From NCBI RefSeq assembly GCF_035084215.1, contig NC_090332.1, positions 29,016,001-29,080,000 on the forward strand: DNA of 64,000 bases, read 5' to 3'. The notes beneath the pieces are model-generated. The model was given only the letters and a program-made list of their open reading frames with translations. It had not been told where the DNA came from and made no database searches. The position numbers were made by a program, and so were the translations under genes. This DNA is from Heptranchias perlo. Lineage: Eukaryota. Shown here one piece after another: positions 24,447 through 36,649 of this stretch (within the stretch, counting starts at the first letter, position 1; every line of letters begins with the position of its first letter).

Positions 24447-26040
24447 GGGCCAATTTTCACTCTCTCCAACTGGCAGGAATGATACGGGTGGGTGGAGGGT
24501 TAAAGTCGCTTCTGTGGCCACCCTGTACCCTTCCTACCTCCCCACTATTTTAACTGATTTGTCTGTGGCTGCATGTCAGGCGCCCGTTCCAGGCAAGCGG
24601 GGTTCCAATTAAAAGGCTGTGCTACGATGATGGCGCAGCCGCCCGCACTGCATTTTAACTTCAGTTTGTGAATGCTCCGCCCGGCTCTTGGACCCACCAG
24701 CAAGACCCAGCTGGATTGGTGTCTGAGAGATCCTAAAACAGTACAAAAGTGGGCTCTCAGCTGAAGCTCACTGGATCACATGATCTTTTCCTGCCTGGAG
24801 TGTTTCCAACTTCCAGATCGTGACTTCTACACTTTTGTTGCCCTACAGGTGAATCTTATTATGGGAACCATTCTTGCTGCTCTCTTTTGGATGGATGAAG
24901 ACTTGGAGGAGGAGGAGCAGCATCAGCAGCAGCCTCGGCAACCACCACCACCACCAGCTGGACGTCTCAGAATACACCAGGTGAGGGGGCAGGATCTACA
25001 GGCCGACTCGCCTTCCTGGACCTAACTGAGGGGCAGCACAGGAGGAGACAAGCTGCTGCAGACCACTGTAACCTCCTGCAACCCGACTTGCTACCTGCTG
25101 GGCTAAGGGGTGCATGCCTTGCAATGTGGCCCTCAATGTCGCCACAGCCCTGAATATTTACACCACAGGATCCTTTCAGTCTTTAACAGTGGAGCATCAG
25201 CCGCATCTCGCAGTCTGCAGTTGACAGCTGCATTAAGCAGATTACCGACGCCCTATTTTCCATGACCTTCCCCATTGACCTCAGCAATCAACAGGAGAGA
25301 ATTTGTGGTTTTGCGGCAGTTGCTGGCTTCCCTCGAGTGCAGGACATGATTGACTGTACACTAGTTGCCCTTAGGGCACCGGAACACGAGCCAGCAACAT
25401 TTGTCAATAGAAAAGGGTATCACTCTATCGATGTACAGCTAGTGGTCGATTACTGGAACAACATCATACAGGTCTGTGCAAGGTACCTATGGAGCTGCCA
25501 CGATGGTTTTATTCTATGACACTCTGACATCCAGAGGGATCAATGAAGCCTCAAGATATCAGGAGTAGGCTTTAAGGGCTATTGTTGCTTCTGGAAAGGC
25601 AGCAATGACTGCTTCCATAGATGGCCTGAAGAGCATTCTAGCTCTTACATAGGGCTATTCAATCTGCTGTCACGCAGACGATTAGCTCAACTGAGCCCGT
25701 GCCCATCCATTAGTGGACTGCAAGGAGTGGATGCAGATGTTGCTGCTTCTCATGGCAGTGAAAATGCACCTGCATCAATGCAGCCCTCTCCAAAGACAGC
25801 ACGTGAGGGAGCTTCTGGTCTGGACCTGGTAGGCATTGGACACCCAAGCAGCAAGACACCAGAAGCAGGTCCTCTAAGGACATTGACTTCACTGAGACAA
25901 GTGCCACCTCAGTCGCCTTGGGCTCCATCAGTAGAGTCCCAGTCACAAACCTCACAACCTCCTGACACTGAGGTAGCAGCATGTAAGAGTAAGAGGTTAG
26001 GAAAATGTAGCTGTAGTCGTAAAGCACACTGAAGGAACAA
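24447..26040 (+). mobile_element. Decayed, rearranged Harbinger element C
   Basis: TTA then GGGCCAATTTTCAC left terminus; transposase fragment followed by Myb-gene 3' region; right TIR not found. Confidence 0.7.
24861..25530 (+). pseudogene. HARBI1-like Harbinger transposase, truncated
   Basis: GFAAVAGFPRVQDMIDCTLVALRAP..FVNRKGYHSIDVQLVVD...VCARYLWSCHDGFIL (DDE_Tnp_4-like motifs). Confidence 0.88.
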
Positions 26041-26057
26041 GATATTAGTTAATATAT

Positions 26058-26228
26058 ACGCCTGTAATTTCCACGGGAGCTCTTCCAATCTCCCACTGTA
26101 AGTTCAGTGGAAGATTGGAAATCCTGGATAAATGGTGCAAATGGCATTTACATCTTTCCTCTGGAGTTTCTGCTGACCTTCCGCCTAGGTTATGGTGAGA
26201 GATCAAGGCCCCCAGGCAAATTCTACCC
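26058..26228. mobile_element. Short palindromic MITE remnant
   Basis: cctgtaatttccacggg ... cccaggcaaattctaccc with internal imperfect inverted repeats. Confidence 0.45.
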
Positions 26229-26399
26229 TACACTTTTCTGGTAATTCGATGTGTTTGTGCATTTTTTCCAGGAAGGCCTCCTGTTATCCCTCTGATACGG
26301 TGTTTAATGTTTGAAACAGTTCTCTCCTAGAGAGGATATTAGAGCTATTACAGATTATCTGAATGGTTGTCTGAGAGCAAGGTAAAGCATCATGAAGGT

Positions 26400-27190
26400 T
26401 TGCCCATAAACAAATGTGAGTCTAACTCATCTATAGTTACCCAGTTTATTTGGGCCAGATACTTTATCTTATTGAATTTTGTCTTTTCCAGTTCAGTATT
26501 CTTATCTTTGACTCTTCATTATCTTTTCCTATTTTTACATTGAACCAAACAATGTCACTGACTTTATTTCCCAATTGTTTCCCCACTCTTACATCAGTTA
26601 TTTGCTCCACTTCATTTCCCAGAAGTAAATCAAACAATGACTGTTTTCCTGTTGCAGTTGAAACATACTGCTCTGGGAAGCAGTCCTGAATATATTTTAA
26701 AAACTATTCCCAACTCCGACCCCAATTCTTACATTTATTTGAGTCTACCATGGGATTGTTTAAATCACCCAATAATATTGTTCTGTTGTTCTTACTTATC
26801 TCTTTAAACTGTCTGCAGATCTCTACCTCTATCTCATCTCCAATGTTTGGTCTGAAATGCACATTGACAAATGTACCAGTTCCCTTCCTGTTTCTTAACT
26901 CTATCCGTGTGAATTCTGTCTTAACGTAACTCCTCAAGACATTGTTAGGTTCCAGTGCAGTGCCAGAATCCTTCACTAAGACTGCCAGCCCATCCCCCTT
27001 TTTTCTTTTCCTTTCTCTCCTGAAAATGTTATAACCACAAATATTAAATTCTCAGTGAAGTCTAAACATAAGCCATATCTCTGTTATAATGACTATGTCA
27101 CAATCCTCATAGTTATTAATGCATCTAACTAATTTTGATTTGAATGATTTGTGAGTTCACCAAATACCATTCAATCCTGTTTCCAGTTTA
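26400..27190 (-). mobile_element. Old CR1 fragment, AP-endonuclease region
   Basis: ORF IELRNRKG...HFRPN...EICRQ...ILLGDLNNP. Confidence 0.75.
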
Positions 27191-27269
27191 TTGGAATAGT
27201 GATGCTTCCATTTTTAGGCTTCCTCATTTAGTTATTTGATATCCTTGCCTCTTCTGCAACAGTGTTTTT

Positions 27270-28331
27270 GGGGGTGATTTTAAAACGGAGCTGGGAAGGG
27301 GCGGGGGGTCAAATTGAGGTCGGGAAACCCATTAGTACGGGTTGCCTGGACATCCTTACGATTTTGATGTAAGGACATTTTTTTTGTCGGTTTCCCGTCC
27401 GACTGACCGGCTGATTGACAGGCTGGTCTCGGTCAGGAGGGAGAGCAGCCAGGGAAGAGAAGTCTTCAGGTAAACCTGCAGGTAAGTCTTTGTTTGTATG
27501 GATGTGGGGGGGGGGAATGGGGGTCATGGGTAGGCCCTGAGGCATGGGTGGGCAAGGGGCATGGGTGGGCATAGGTTGGCACATGTTGGCATATGTGGGC
27601 ATGGGTGGGCATAGGTTGGTACAGGGGTCACGAGTCATGGGGGATGGGATCTGGGGTCAGTCACGGGGGGGAGTTTCGGGATCGGGGTCATCGCGGGGTC
27701 CGCGATCGTTGAGGGGGAGGGTTGGGGGTGGGAGGATCGGAGTGGGTGGATGATCAGGGTCGGCGGATTGGTGTCAGCGGATCCGGGTCGGGAGTCAGAG
27801 GGGAAGGATCGGGGTTGGGGATCGGGGGATCTGGGTCGGGGTTGGAGGGGGAGGATCGGGGTCGGGGGTCCCCGGTCGGCGGGGGGTGTCAGCAATCGGG
27901 AGTTGGGGATCCGCAATCGGGGGCCAGGGGTCGGCGACCATTGTGGGGGTCGGTGCAGGTAGGCTTGTTGGGCCTGGGGGAAGCACTCCTGCTCCTCTGG
28001 GCCCACAAGCTGTGCCTTTCTAGGCACCTACCTGTTAATCTAGGGCCTTTTCGCCTCTTTTCACGAGGCGTAAAACAGAAGGTTCAGGAATCCCGGCCCC
28101 CTGGGGTTGAAGTCAGGAATTGGTGAAAAATGGAGGGCTGAAGCTTCCTGGAAAGGTTTTAAGACCCGAGCCGCCTCCTGGGAGTGAGTTGGTCGCCCGC
28201 CCCTCATCCCGCCCCCTTGAAAACCAGAAATGGGCGGGTTGGAGACGGGTTGGGGTAAGGTCTGAAATGGTGGCAATTTTCAATGCCCCCCCGCACCCAA
28301 CCCACCTGTTTTTAAATTTGAAGATTGAGCC
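27270..28331 (-). mobile_element. Non-autonomous Harbinger-type element, family M2 (inverted relative to 3789-4846)
   Basis: GGGGGTGATTTTAAA left end; tccttacgattttgatgtaaggac and gcactcctgctcct..gcccacaagc are reverse matches to copy 1; G-rich array 27505-27950. Confidence 0.8.
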
Positions 28332-28499
28332 TTTTATCTCTCACTACCACATAGCCTCTTTCTTTCCCTTTCTCCTTTGATAGTATTTTCTCACTATTTA
28401 TTTCAGCTAAACCTTTTGTTCCTATACCAAAGGCTTTATTAATTCTGCTCTCCTTCCATTCTCTTAAACGTAGACTTTCCTCATCCTCTGCCATATTAG

Positions 28500-29230
28500 T
28501 CAAATCCTCCCCCATTGTTTAATTACCCTCCCTGCAAGGACATTGGTGCTATTTCAGTTCAGGTGAAGGCTGTTTCTTTGGTATAGACTTCCTTTGTTTC
28601 AGAAATCATTCCAGTTCCCCAAGATTGTGAATCATTCTCTCCTGCACCAGCCCTGCAGCCACGTATTGAGCTTTCTAATTTTCTTTTCCTTAACCTGTCC
28701 AGTGTGTGGCACAGGAAGCAATTCAGAAATTACCGTCCTTAAGTACTTGTTATTCAATCTAGTGCCTAACTCCTTGAACTCTCTCTGGAAGCCCTTAAAC
28801 GTACTTCTACCTCAGTGTTTTGGTTTCAACTGGTTTCAAGAGGGAGGAGGCAGATGGGATGGGGAGGCAGGAGGGGAAGGTGGGAAGCTGTTAATCTAAT
28901 GGCCCTCTAAATCTTTTCCAGGGCCTCTATATTAGCCACCATATGAGAAGATTAAGACCACCTCTAATGATCCCTTCTAGCAACTTGCCTATAACCGAAG
29001 TCAAACTAACGGGCCTATAGTTTCCTAGATCTGACTTATTGCCCTTTTAAAACATTGGTACCATGTGGCCTTCTCCCTAGTCCATGGGAACTATTCCAGA
29101 CCCTAGCGAGTTTCAAATATATGAGCAAGTGGGTCGCACAGCATTTCTTCGAGAACCCTAGGAACAATACCATCAAAGCCAGCAGCCTGATCTGTTCTGA
29201 GATCATTAATTCTAGCCAGGATTATATCTG
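28500..29230 (-). mobile_element. Old CR1 fragments (putative ORF1 region plus RT N-terminal region)
   Basis: 28960-29050 reads on minus strand as GNYRPVSLTSVIGKLLEGII; 28520-28800 resembles CR1 upstream region. Confidence 0.6.
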
Positions 29231-32200
29231 CATCTACTTTGAGATTTCAATTATAGCATCAACCCTATGTTGTATTATTGGTAAATCAGCATGATCTTCC
29301 AGATGTGACATCAATTTTTAGAATTTTACAAGAAAGTGAGTAGCAGGCAGGAGTGAATCCATGATGCCCCCTTTGCCTTCATGTGAACACTACTACTAGA
29401 GTTGTTAAACACAGCATTCTAAAACTTCTCTCCCCAGAAGAAAATTTGTGAATTTGTCTTCACCTGTTTTAAAAAGAGCACAACTTGATTTGCTGTTTAA
29501 TGTTGCTGCCTTTAAAACAGGAAATTTCAATAAAAGGAGAATGATTAAAACAATCATGTCCTCTTTTCTGACTTAATAGGGCCTTAATGATCATTTCTAC
29601 CAGTTTAATAAATACTGTGAGATTAATGGAATGTGACAAAATGTATTTAGGATTTTTAAATGCTGTCCCTCTCAAATCACCTTTTAGTTTGTTTGCATGC
29701 TTCCAGCTGCTAAAACAATCCAAATGTGCGGGATAAAGAACAATGGTGAATTCTCTGGTCTTCTCTCTCATAAGACCTTCAGAAATCACATGTGACTGCA
29801 AAGGTAGAGAGTTATGGACCTTTCACAGTCCTGTGAGAACTTGGTAATTCACTATCATCAGTGAAACTGAGTAATGAGTGATGTTTCTTCTATAATAACA
29901 CTCGACTCTTTGTTCTGTTCCGAGTGCAGGCAGCAATCAACTGCAGTGATAACCTCCATAATTCTTCATTTTACCTACAGTGTGTTGTGGTGCAGAGTAT
30001 TAAAACACTACTACTAGAAATGCAATTATGCTGCAAATGTGAAGGGGAAAATGAGTTAAAGAAATGAAAGTTCTCATTAAGGAGGAATTGCCAATTAATA
30101 AGGTGTCTTGCAAGACATGATACTAGGATCGTAAATAGGGGAAGGCTGATGTCATCATATATATTCACCCTGACATATATCTTTACCTTTAAGTTACAAC
30201 TTACAAAGAAAAGTGTTGTAAAAGATTCTGGTGCCACAGATACCATGGAACTTCAGCAACCTTTCTGAATTGCTTATTCATAGAACTTGGCTGGCTCAAA
30301 TACTGCAAGATGGGAGCAATGGCTCTTTGAGATAGTGTGCATATAATAGTTCACACAGTGTCTAACGAAACGCAATCTGAGATTCTAGAAGCAATAAATG
30401 CCATCAAAAATAATTGTTGGTATGATATCAATTCTGCTTCGAGCAAGGTAGCAGGCAACACTGAAAAGTTGACTTCAGACTTTTACACATAAAAAGTAAT
30501 GTTTTTTCTCATCTGCAGTTTTTATTTTTTGCCTTTTTGTTCTGTGTAAGTGGTTGATGTGCACTCTGCTGCCAGCTGATCCTGCAAAATCAAAGAGAAG
30601 ATTCTGGCACTCTCAACTTTTTTTGACCACATCAAGGACATTCCATGGATGCTCCCTGGAAGGTTACAATCGCTTCAATCCAGCATGATACAAAAAATGT
30701 TGGCATTTGTCAACACTCTTTTTAGAATCTTCACCTGGAATCCTTCTATTCTTATTAATGTGAAACATCTGACTTTAAAAAAAAAATCTTAATTGGCATC
30801 TATTAACGTTGAAAACAAATCCCGTGTAGGGCAGCAGTGGCATTAGTTTTTTACTTAACCCATTTGTATCTCTTCCCACTGATTCTGCTGTTGTCGGTAT
30901 TGCTTCTGATGCTCGTTTATGTTTTCACAGAAACAGTGCCATTCTCTTTTGTTGTTAACTTCCTTAAATGTACAGCCAAGGCTCCCTTCTGAAGCCACTT
31001 TTACATTTTCTAAAGTCCACAAATTTTTGTAAAGTTATTGTGAGTGATGACCGCAGCCACAATCCACAGGGCTGCTCAGTGGGATTACAAACATTCTCTG
31101 GAGATTTGGCCTGAGATTGGCTGAGAAAAAGAAATACCTCTTTTAGATCACTCCTCTAATACTGATTATTATTTAGTCAAGAAAAATAGATGTCAGCATT
31201 GTAGACTGCTAATGAGCTAAAGTGGCAATATAATTGTGGCAGGTTGCAGTTTTCTGACTTGACACAAGTAATAATGGACCTTAAGAAAATTCCAGGAGAT
31301 TATGTACAAAAATAGCGTGCTAATAAGGGGCTAGTTATCATTTTCATACATGAGTATAGAGAATACTGATAAAGAGGATTTATGCTCCATGCCCACTTTT
31401 TCAATGTATATAAAAACAGACAATTTCATCATAATTGCCTTGTATACACTGGGAACAGGATAAGTAAAATATTATAGTATTTATTCCTTTGAGAATCATG
31501 GCAATTTATGAATGGCACAGTGCCAGATATAGTTTTGCCTTGTTGCACCCATTATACCCTATGGAATGGGATAATTCTATCTGCATAATAATGTTATTTT
31601 GGTGGTAACTAGACATAAGTGTGGAAATTGCTTTCAGTGTAAGGCATTATGCCAGAGGCAAATAAATAATAATGGAAAACAATGTTGGAAGTGCTCCCAA
31701 CCCGAATGCCATTGCTACAGGGTGAAAAGCAAATGTGAATGCTAGTGCGTGCACTGCTGTATAATCCACTAATTAAGGGGATAGATGAGATATTTAAAGG
31801 GCAGTCACCCCATACTGCTGGTGCAATGAGTACATCTCCCATAGATTGAACTGCTCTTAAAGGAGAGGCTGCAGGGAGCAGAATTCTTCATTTATAGGTG
31901 AAATTTTCTTTCCACTCTGATAGGTTTCTGACTACTATTAGGAATGCAGTTTCAATGCTCCTTTGGTACAGGAGGATCAGCAAGAGCAAGAACGGGCTGC
32001 CCATGACTTCAGGTGGCTCACGAGGCACACCATCAAGTCTTGCCGCTCTGCTACTTAGCAAGTTTTCTGTACCAGGCACAGCTACCTGGTGATGACAATA
32101 GAAATGTGCTTAAGCAGTTTTGAGGTTAAGCAGAGAGGATAGACAGAACTGTGCTATCTCTTTAACAAAGACATATAACATTCATACAGCATGGTCAGTA

Positions 32201-32478
32201 GCTGTCCATGTCAGCATGGCTCCTTCCAAACCAGCACTGGCACATTTGCAGGTATGCATGTTCTGGGCTAAAAGATGAACTTCTTGAAGAGCAGCACTAC
32301 TCAAACTGAGTTACAGACTTAGCCCAAAGCAATCAACATCCAAAATTGTGCTTAGCTTGGCAGCTGTGAGATAAGCACAAATTCTATCCACAAAGTTTCA
32401 GTTGCAATTGCAAGAAAGCTATGCTGAGTCCAATGGATTGATTTATAGTTATGTACTTAGTTAAAAATATACACTATA

Positions 32479-33128
32479 GCCCCGATTTTAACGGGGGCAA
32501 GGCTCGAGCATAGGCCTGCCCCAGTTGCCAACCTGAGGCCCAGGCCATTTTTTAACTCCCGGGCCTCATTTAAATAAGATAGCCTTGACTCCTGCCTCAG
32601 TCAATGATGTGTCGCCGGCGGGAACGAGTGGGGGAATGCGGCAGGAGGCTGCTGCCAGGGTCCCACAGGAATGGTCCCTAGCAAAATAAATTTGGAGTCG
32701 GGGGCAGCCCGTTGTTGGGGAGACCCTATGTTTCCTTGCGGGGCCTAGAGGGGCACTCCTGCTACTGCTGGCCCACAAGAAAACTAAAAAAAATGCATTC
32801 TTACCTTCTTGGCCCTCTTCTGGACCTGCTACCTCTTGGTGCCAGGTTTCATTGGCAAGGCTGGCAACAGGTGCCAATCTTGCGACGCAAAGTGAAAATA
32901 GCACCGAGGTCTGATTGACGTCACCAGATCCCAAATTTTGAATCTCAATAAGGCCCTCGCCCGCCTGGAGCAACAACCTCGCTGGCTGACCAAAACGCAT
33001 CTGCTAAAATGGCACGTGGGGTGAGGTGGGGGGAGATGTGATTAGTTGCACACTGCCACGATTTTACCCCGCCCCACCCCCACCCCATATGCTCCGTTTT
33101 CAACAGGCACAGGGGTTAAAATGAGGCC
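32479..33128. mobile_element. Harbinger-type MITE (~650 bp), M3-related
   Basis: GCCCCGATTTTAAC / GTTAAAATGAGGCC termini; internal similarity to 21244-21941. Confidence 0.75.
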
Positions 33129-33719
33129 TTTTGAGTAAAAATCCTCTGGTTTGAAAAAATGAATTAGGACATGGCAGGCAAATCTTTTGAGATCCCAGGA
33201 ACATTATGAAATGAAAATGCCAAGCTCATTCATTATTTTGATCCTACGCCTAATGTTTAAAAGAGAAACAAGTTAATGAAAAAGGTCCTGAGAATTCTTG
33301 CCAGATTGTACTGCCTTCTTCATAGCCCAAGGGGGTTGGAAAGGGTTAACCTGTCTCTTCAGAAAGGAAAACAATTCACTTGATCGCTAATGCAAGCTCT
33401 AAGGATGACCTCGCTCCTCCGGCTGTAAATAGTGAATCGGAATAAAAGTTCTGTTCTCTGGAGGCCAGACTGTAAAGTCAGCTCAGGCTTAGTGACAGTT
33501 TCATTTCCCCTTGTCATCCTTACATCTAATCCACCTCCCTAAGACCAAAGAATTGATTCAGATTTAGGCACTGACATTTGGATGACACACAAAAAGTGTC
33601 CAGTGTCCAGAGTCCTTGAGGAAGGGCAAAGGTCACAAAGGAAATTATATCAGTTGGTCAGCATAAAAAGTCAGTAGTGAGAGCTGTGGTTCTATTTGTT
33701 AGCTAAAAAATGGAGGCTA

Positions 33720-33987
33720 GAGGAATTTTAACTCCTGGGATATGTAAACCGTCCATAACCACCGCCCCCCCCCCCACCTCCGCTGAGTCTCTTTAGGGCC
33801 TCCGCTTCTTCCCTGGGATGGCTGTTAAAATGTTATCGGGGTCCAGAGTCAGGCGGGCACCTCAGCTGCCGACGAAACCAGAGGAGATAAACCTGCTGCA
33901 AGTCGGGAACGGAGCAGCAAATAGAGCTGCTTGATATTATCTCCCTCTGCCCAGTTTCTGCCGGGTGGAGGGAGTTAAAATCCCCCC
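33720..33987. mobile_element. Harbinger-type MITE (~270 bp)
   Basis: GAGGAATTTTAACTCC / GGAGTTAAAATCCCCCC; cta/tta flanks. Confidence 0.65.
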
Positions 33988-35163
33988 TTAGAACACCAGG
34001 GGCACTCACACATATCCATAGTGCCCCTGCATTGGCAGAGATCAGATCTATAGTCACCACCAGACTACCAGTCATTAGGTGCCCACTAACTCTATCCACC
34101 ACCAGGTTACTAGCATTAAATGCCAGCCAATTTTGTACCAAGTGCCACAATCATGAGAAACTTGCAACAGAATACAGAAAATGATGTGCAGAGGAGTGCT
34201 ATGTCCCTTTCTGTCTCCCCATCATTTTTGATGTTGAAGCAGCTAGAAATTCAAACCTGAAGAGGTACATTTTGGGTCAGTTGTAGACCTCTCCAAATAA
34301 AGCCAAAATGGTCCAACGTAAATCACTTTGGATTATGAATTCCATTTGAAGCTCATCTCTGAAAATTAGTAGCCCAATCCTGCTGGTTCTGGAGCAATAG
34401 GTGGAAATAATGATAACTTCTATTTGAAAATATTGGTGTCCAAGACAGAACAATTCGAGAAATGGAAATAACCAACTACAAGGAAGAAAGTGAAGGGCAG
34501 CCAGCCAAAGTGACCACACATACTGCAAAGGTTCAATGTAGGGCAATAAATAGCATGACTGTCAAAGCATTGAAGACCAATAGCCTCAGATAACAACAAC
34601 TCGTGCTGTGACTGGAGCAGGTACACACAGTTAGCATTGCAGGCAGTGAGTAACACAAGCAAGTCAGTGAAGAACACTTACTAAAATTAAAAACAGAAAG
34701 GGGCGAGTTTTAACCCCCCCCCACGATGGGCGGGAGAGGGTCGGGGATTGTGGGGTTAAATCGCCAATTTCGCGAAACCCGACCTCAACCCGCTACGAGC
34801 GCCTGATTTATCCGCGGCGGGTTTGGGGGTGGGCGACCAAGTAAACCACTCTGGAGAGGTGGGTCCATAATTATAATATTTAAATGAGGTGCCTTTCCGG
34901 AGATTTTAGCAGTGTTTTGAAATTAATGCTTCTTGCACGGTTTTCCGGGGTTCTGGAAACTTATCAGTAAAATGGAGGCGAGATTGAACGGCACTTCATG
35001 GGGGTGGTTAAAGGTCAGGTGACCTGATATGAATAAAGGCTGAGTGATCACAGCTGCTTTGTCAGTTCCCTCTGGGAAACGGTTTGGTGAGAGTACTTGC
35101 TGTAAGAGGTTTATTTGTACAGTTTGATTTGTTCATACAGAGAACATCAGGTTAGGTGGTGTC

Positions 35164-36350
35164 ATGGCTGCTTTTGATTGGACTTCAGATGAGGAAGACA
35201 ATTAGCAACCACAGCAGCAAGGGCATGCCGTGGGGGGAGCTGCAGGTGGAGACAGAGAGGAGAGCAACAGGAGGGGTCGAGTTCACGGGAGGTACTACCC
35301 ACCTAACAGGGTCTACAGATAGAGGCTCAGCTTCTGTGGCCTCAGAAGAGCATTGCTTCTGGAGGCTGAGATTGTCACATCAGGTGGTGGCAGATATCTG
35401 CAGCCTCCTAGAAGACAACCTGCTACCTGCTGGACCTGGCGGCCACACATTACCAGTGGCTGTAAAAGTCACCACCGCCCTCAAATGTTTTGCCTCTGGT
35501 TACTTTCAGGGCACTACCAGAGACATATCGAGGGTGTCCCAGTTGGCTGCGCATAAATGCATACGGCAGGTGACCAATGGATTGTTTGCCAGGGCTGGGA
35601 GGTATGTAACATCCCCTATGATGACAATCGGCAGAATGAGCGGGCACTCGGAGTCACGTCGCTGGCTGGTTCCCCACAGGTACAGGGTGCCATCGATTGC
35701 ACGCACATGGCAATCCGAGCATCACCAGATCAACCAGGAGCATTTGTCATCCACAAGGGATTTCATTCCATCAATGTTCAGATGGTGTGCAACCACAAGA
35801 AAAGGTTGATGCAGGTCTGCACCAGATTCACTGGGAGCTGATATGATGTTTTCATACTGCGGCAGTCCAACATCCCCGACCTGTTTGTACCTGGAACCAG
35901 CCTTAAGGGATGGCTGCTAGGCAACAAAGGATACCCCCTTCAAACCTGGCTGATGACACCTCTGAGGAACCCCACCAACGAACACCAAGAGCACTACATT
36001 GCGAGCCATTGACAACCAGATGTGTCATCGAGCAAGCCATCAGCATGCTCAAGGTGCACTTCAGGTGCCTGGACAGGTCTTGCAGTGCCCTTCAGTACTC
36101 GCCAACGAGGGTTTCTAGGACACTCGTGGTGTGCTGCATTCTGCACAACATTGCGCAGCAGTAAGGACTAGAGGTGGAGGAGGAACAAGCCACTCAGCAC
36201 TCTTCATCTGATGAGGATTCCAATGGAGAGGAGGAGGAGAACAAGGAGCAAGATGAGGACAATGAAGACGGAGCCTCCAGTGTCAGAGCAGCTGCTCACG
36301 TTGCTACTCGGGATGCCAGGGATGCCCTAATAGCTCAAAGGTTCAGTTAG
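35164..36350 (+). pseudogene. HARBI1-like Harbinger DDE transposase, full length with stops and frameshifts
   Basis: LPVAVKVTTAL, QVQGAIDCTHMAIRA, HKGFHSINVQMVC, RFTGS..DVFIL, WLLGNKGYP..WLMTP, TTRCVIEQAISMLKVHFRCLD, CCILHN, acidic tail. Confidence 0.95.
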
Positions 36351-36649
36351 TCACTCACACTGGACCAAAATAACTATCACATCTCCCAGCCCCTGCCCCC
36401 CCCACACCACTGACACAAAGCAGTCCTGTAACTAACCATCCACGCATTGCACATCTGCCAATTGGTCCTCGTCAATTCAATTCTTCGCATTCATCACCAA
36501 GCAACTGAAAACGCGAGTTGCCCACTCGGTACACAAGAATGGTGAACATGGGAAAGTGGTGCAAATTAATCAATTTTATGACAATAATTAAATAAATGAA
36601 ACTAAATAACACAACATTTTCATGAACACCCATGTGCATACCCTTAGTG

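Noticed and set aside
29975-30030. Possible minus-strand 56-nt exon (also 8106-8175 minus, 30519-30545 plus, 31972-32012 plus)
   Set aside because: Splice-like signals at a level expected by chance; no recognisable protein
35164-36350. Domesticated host HARBI1 / NAIF1-MSANTD genes
   Set aside because: Multiple stops and frameshifts, transposon termini and several paralogous copies indicate decayed transposons
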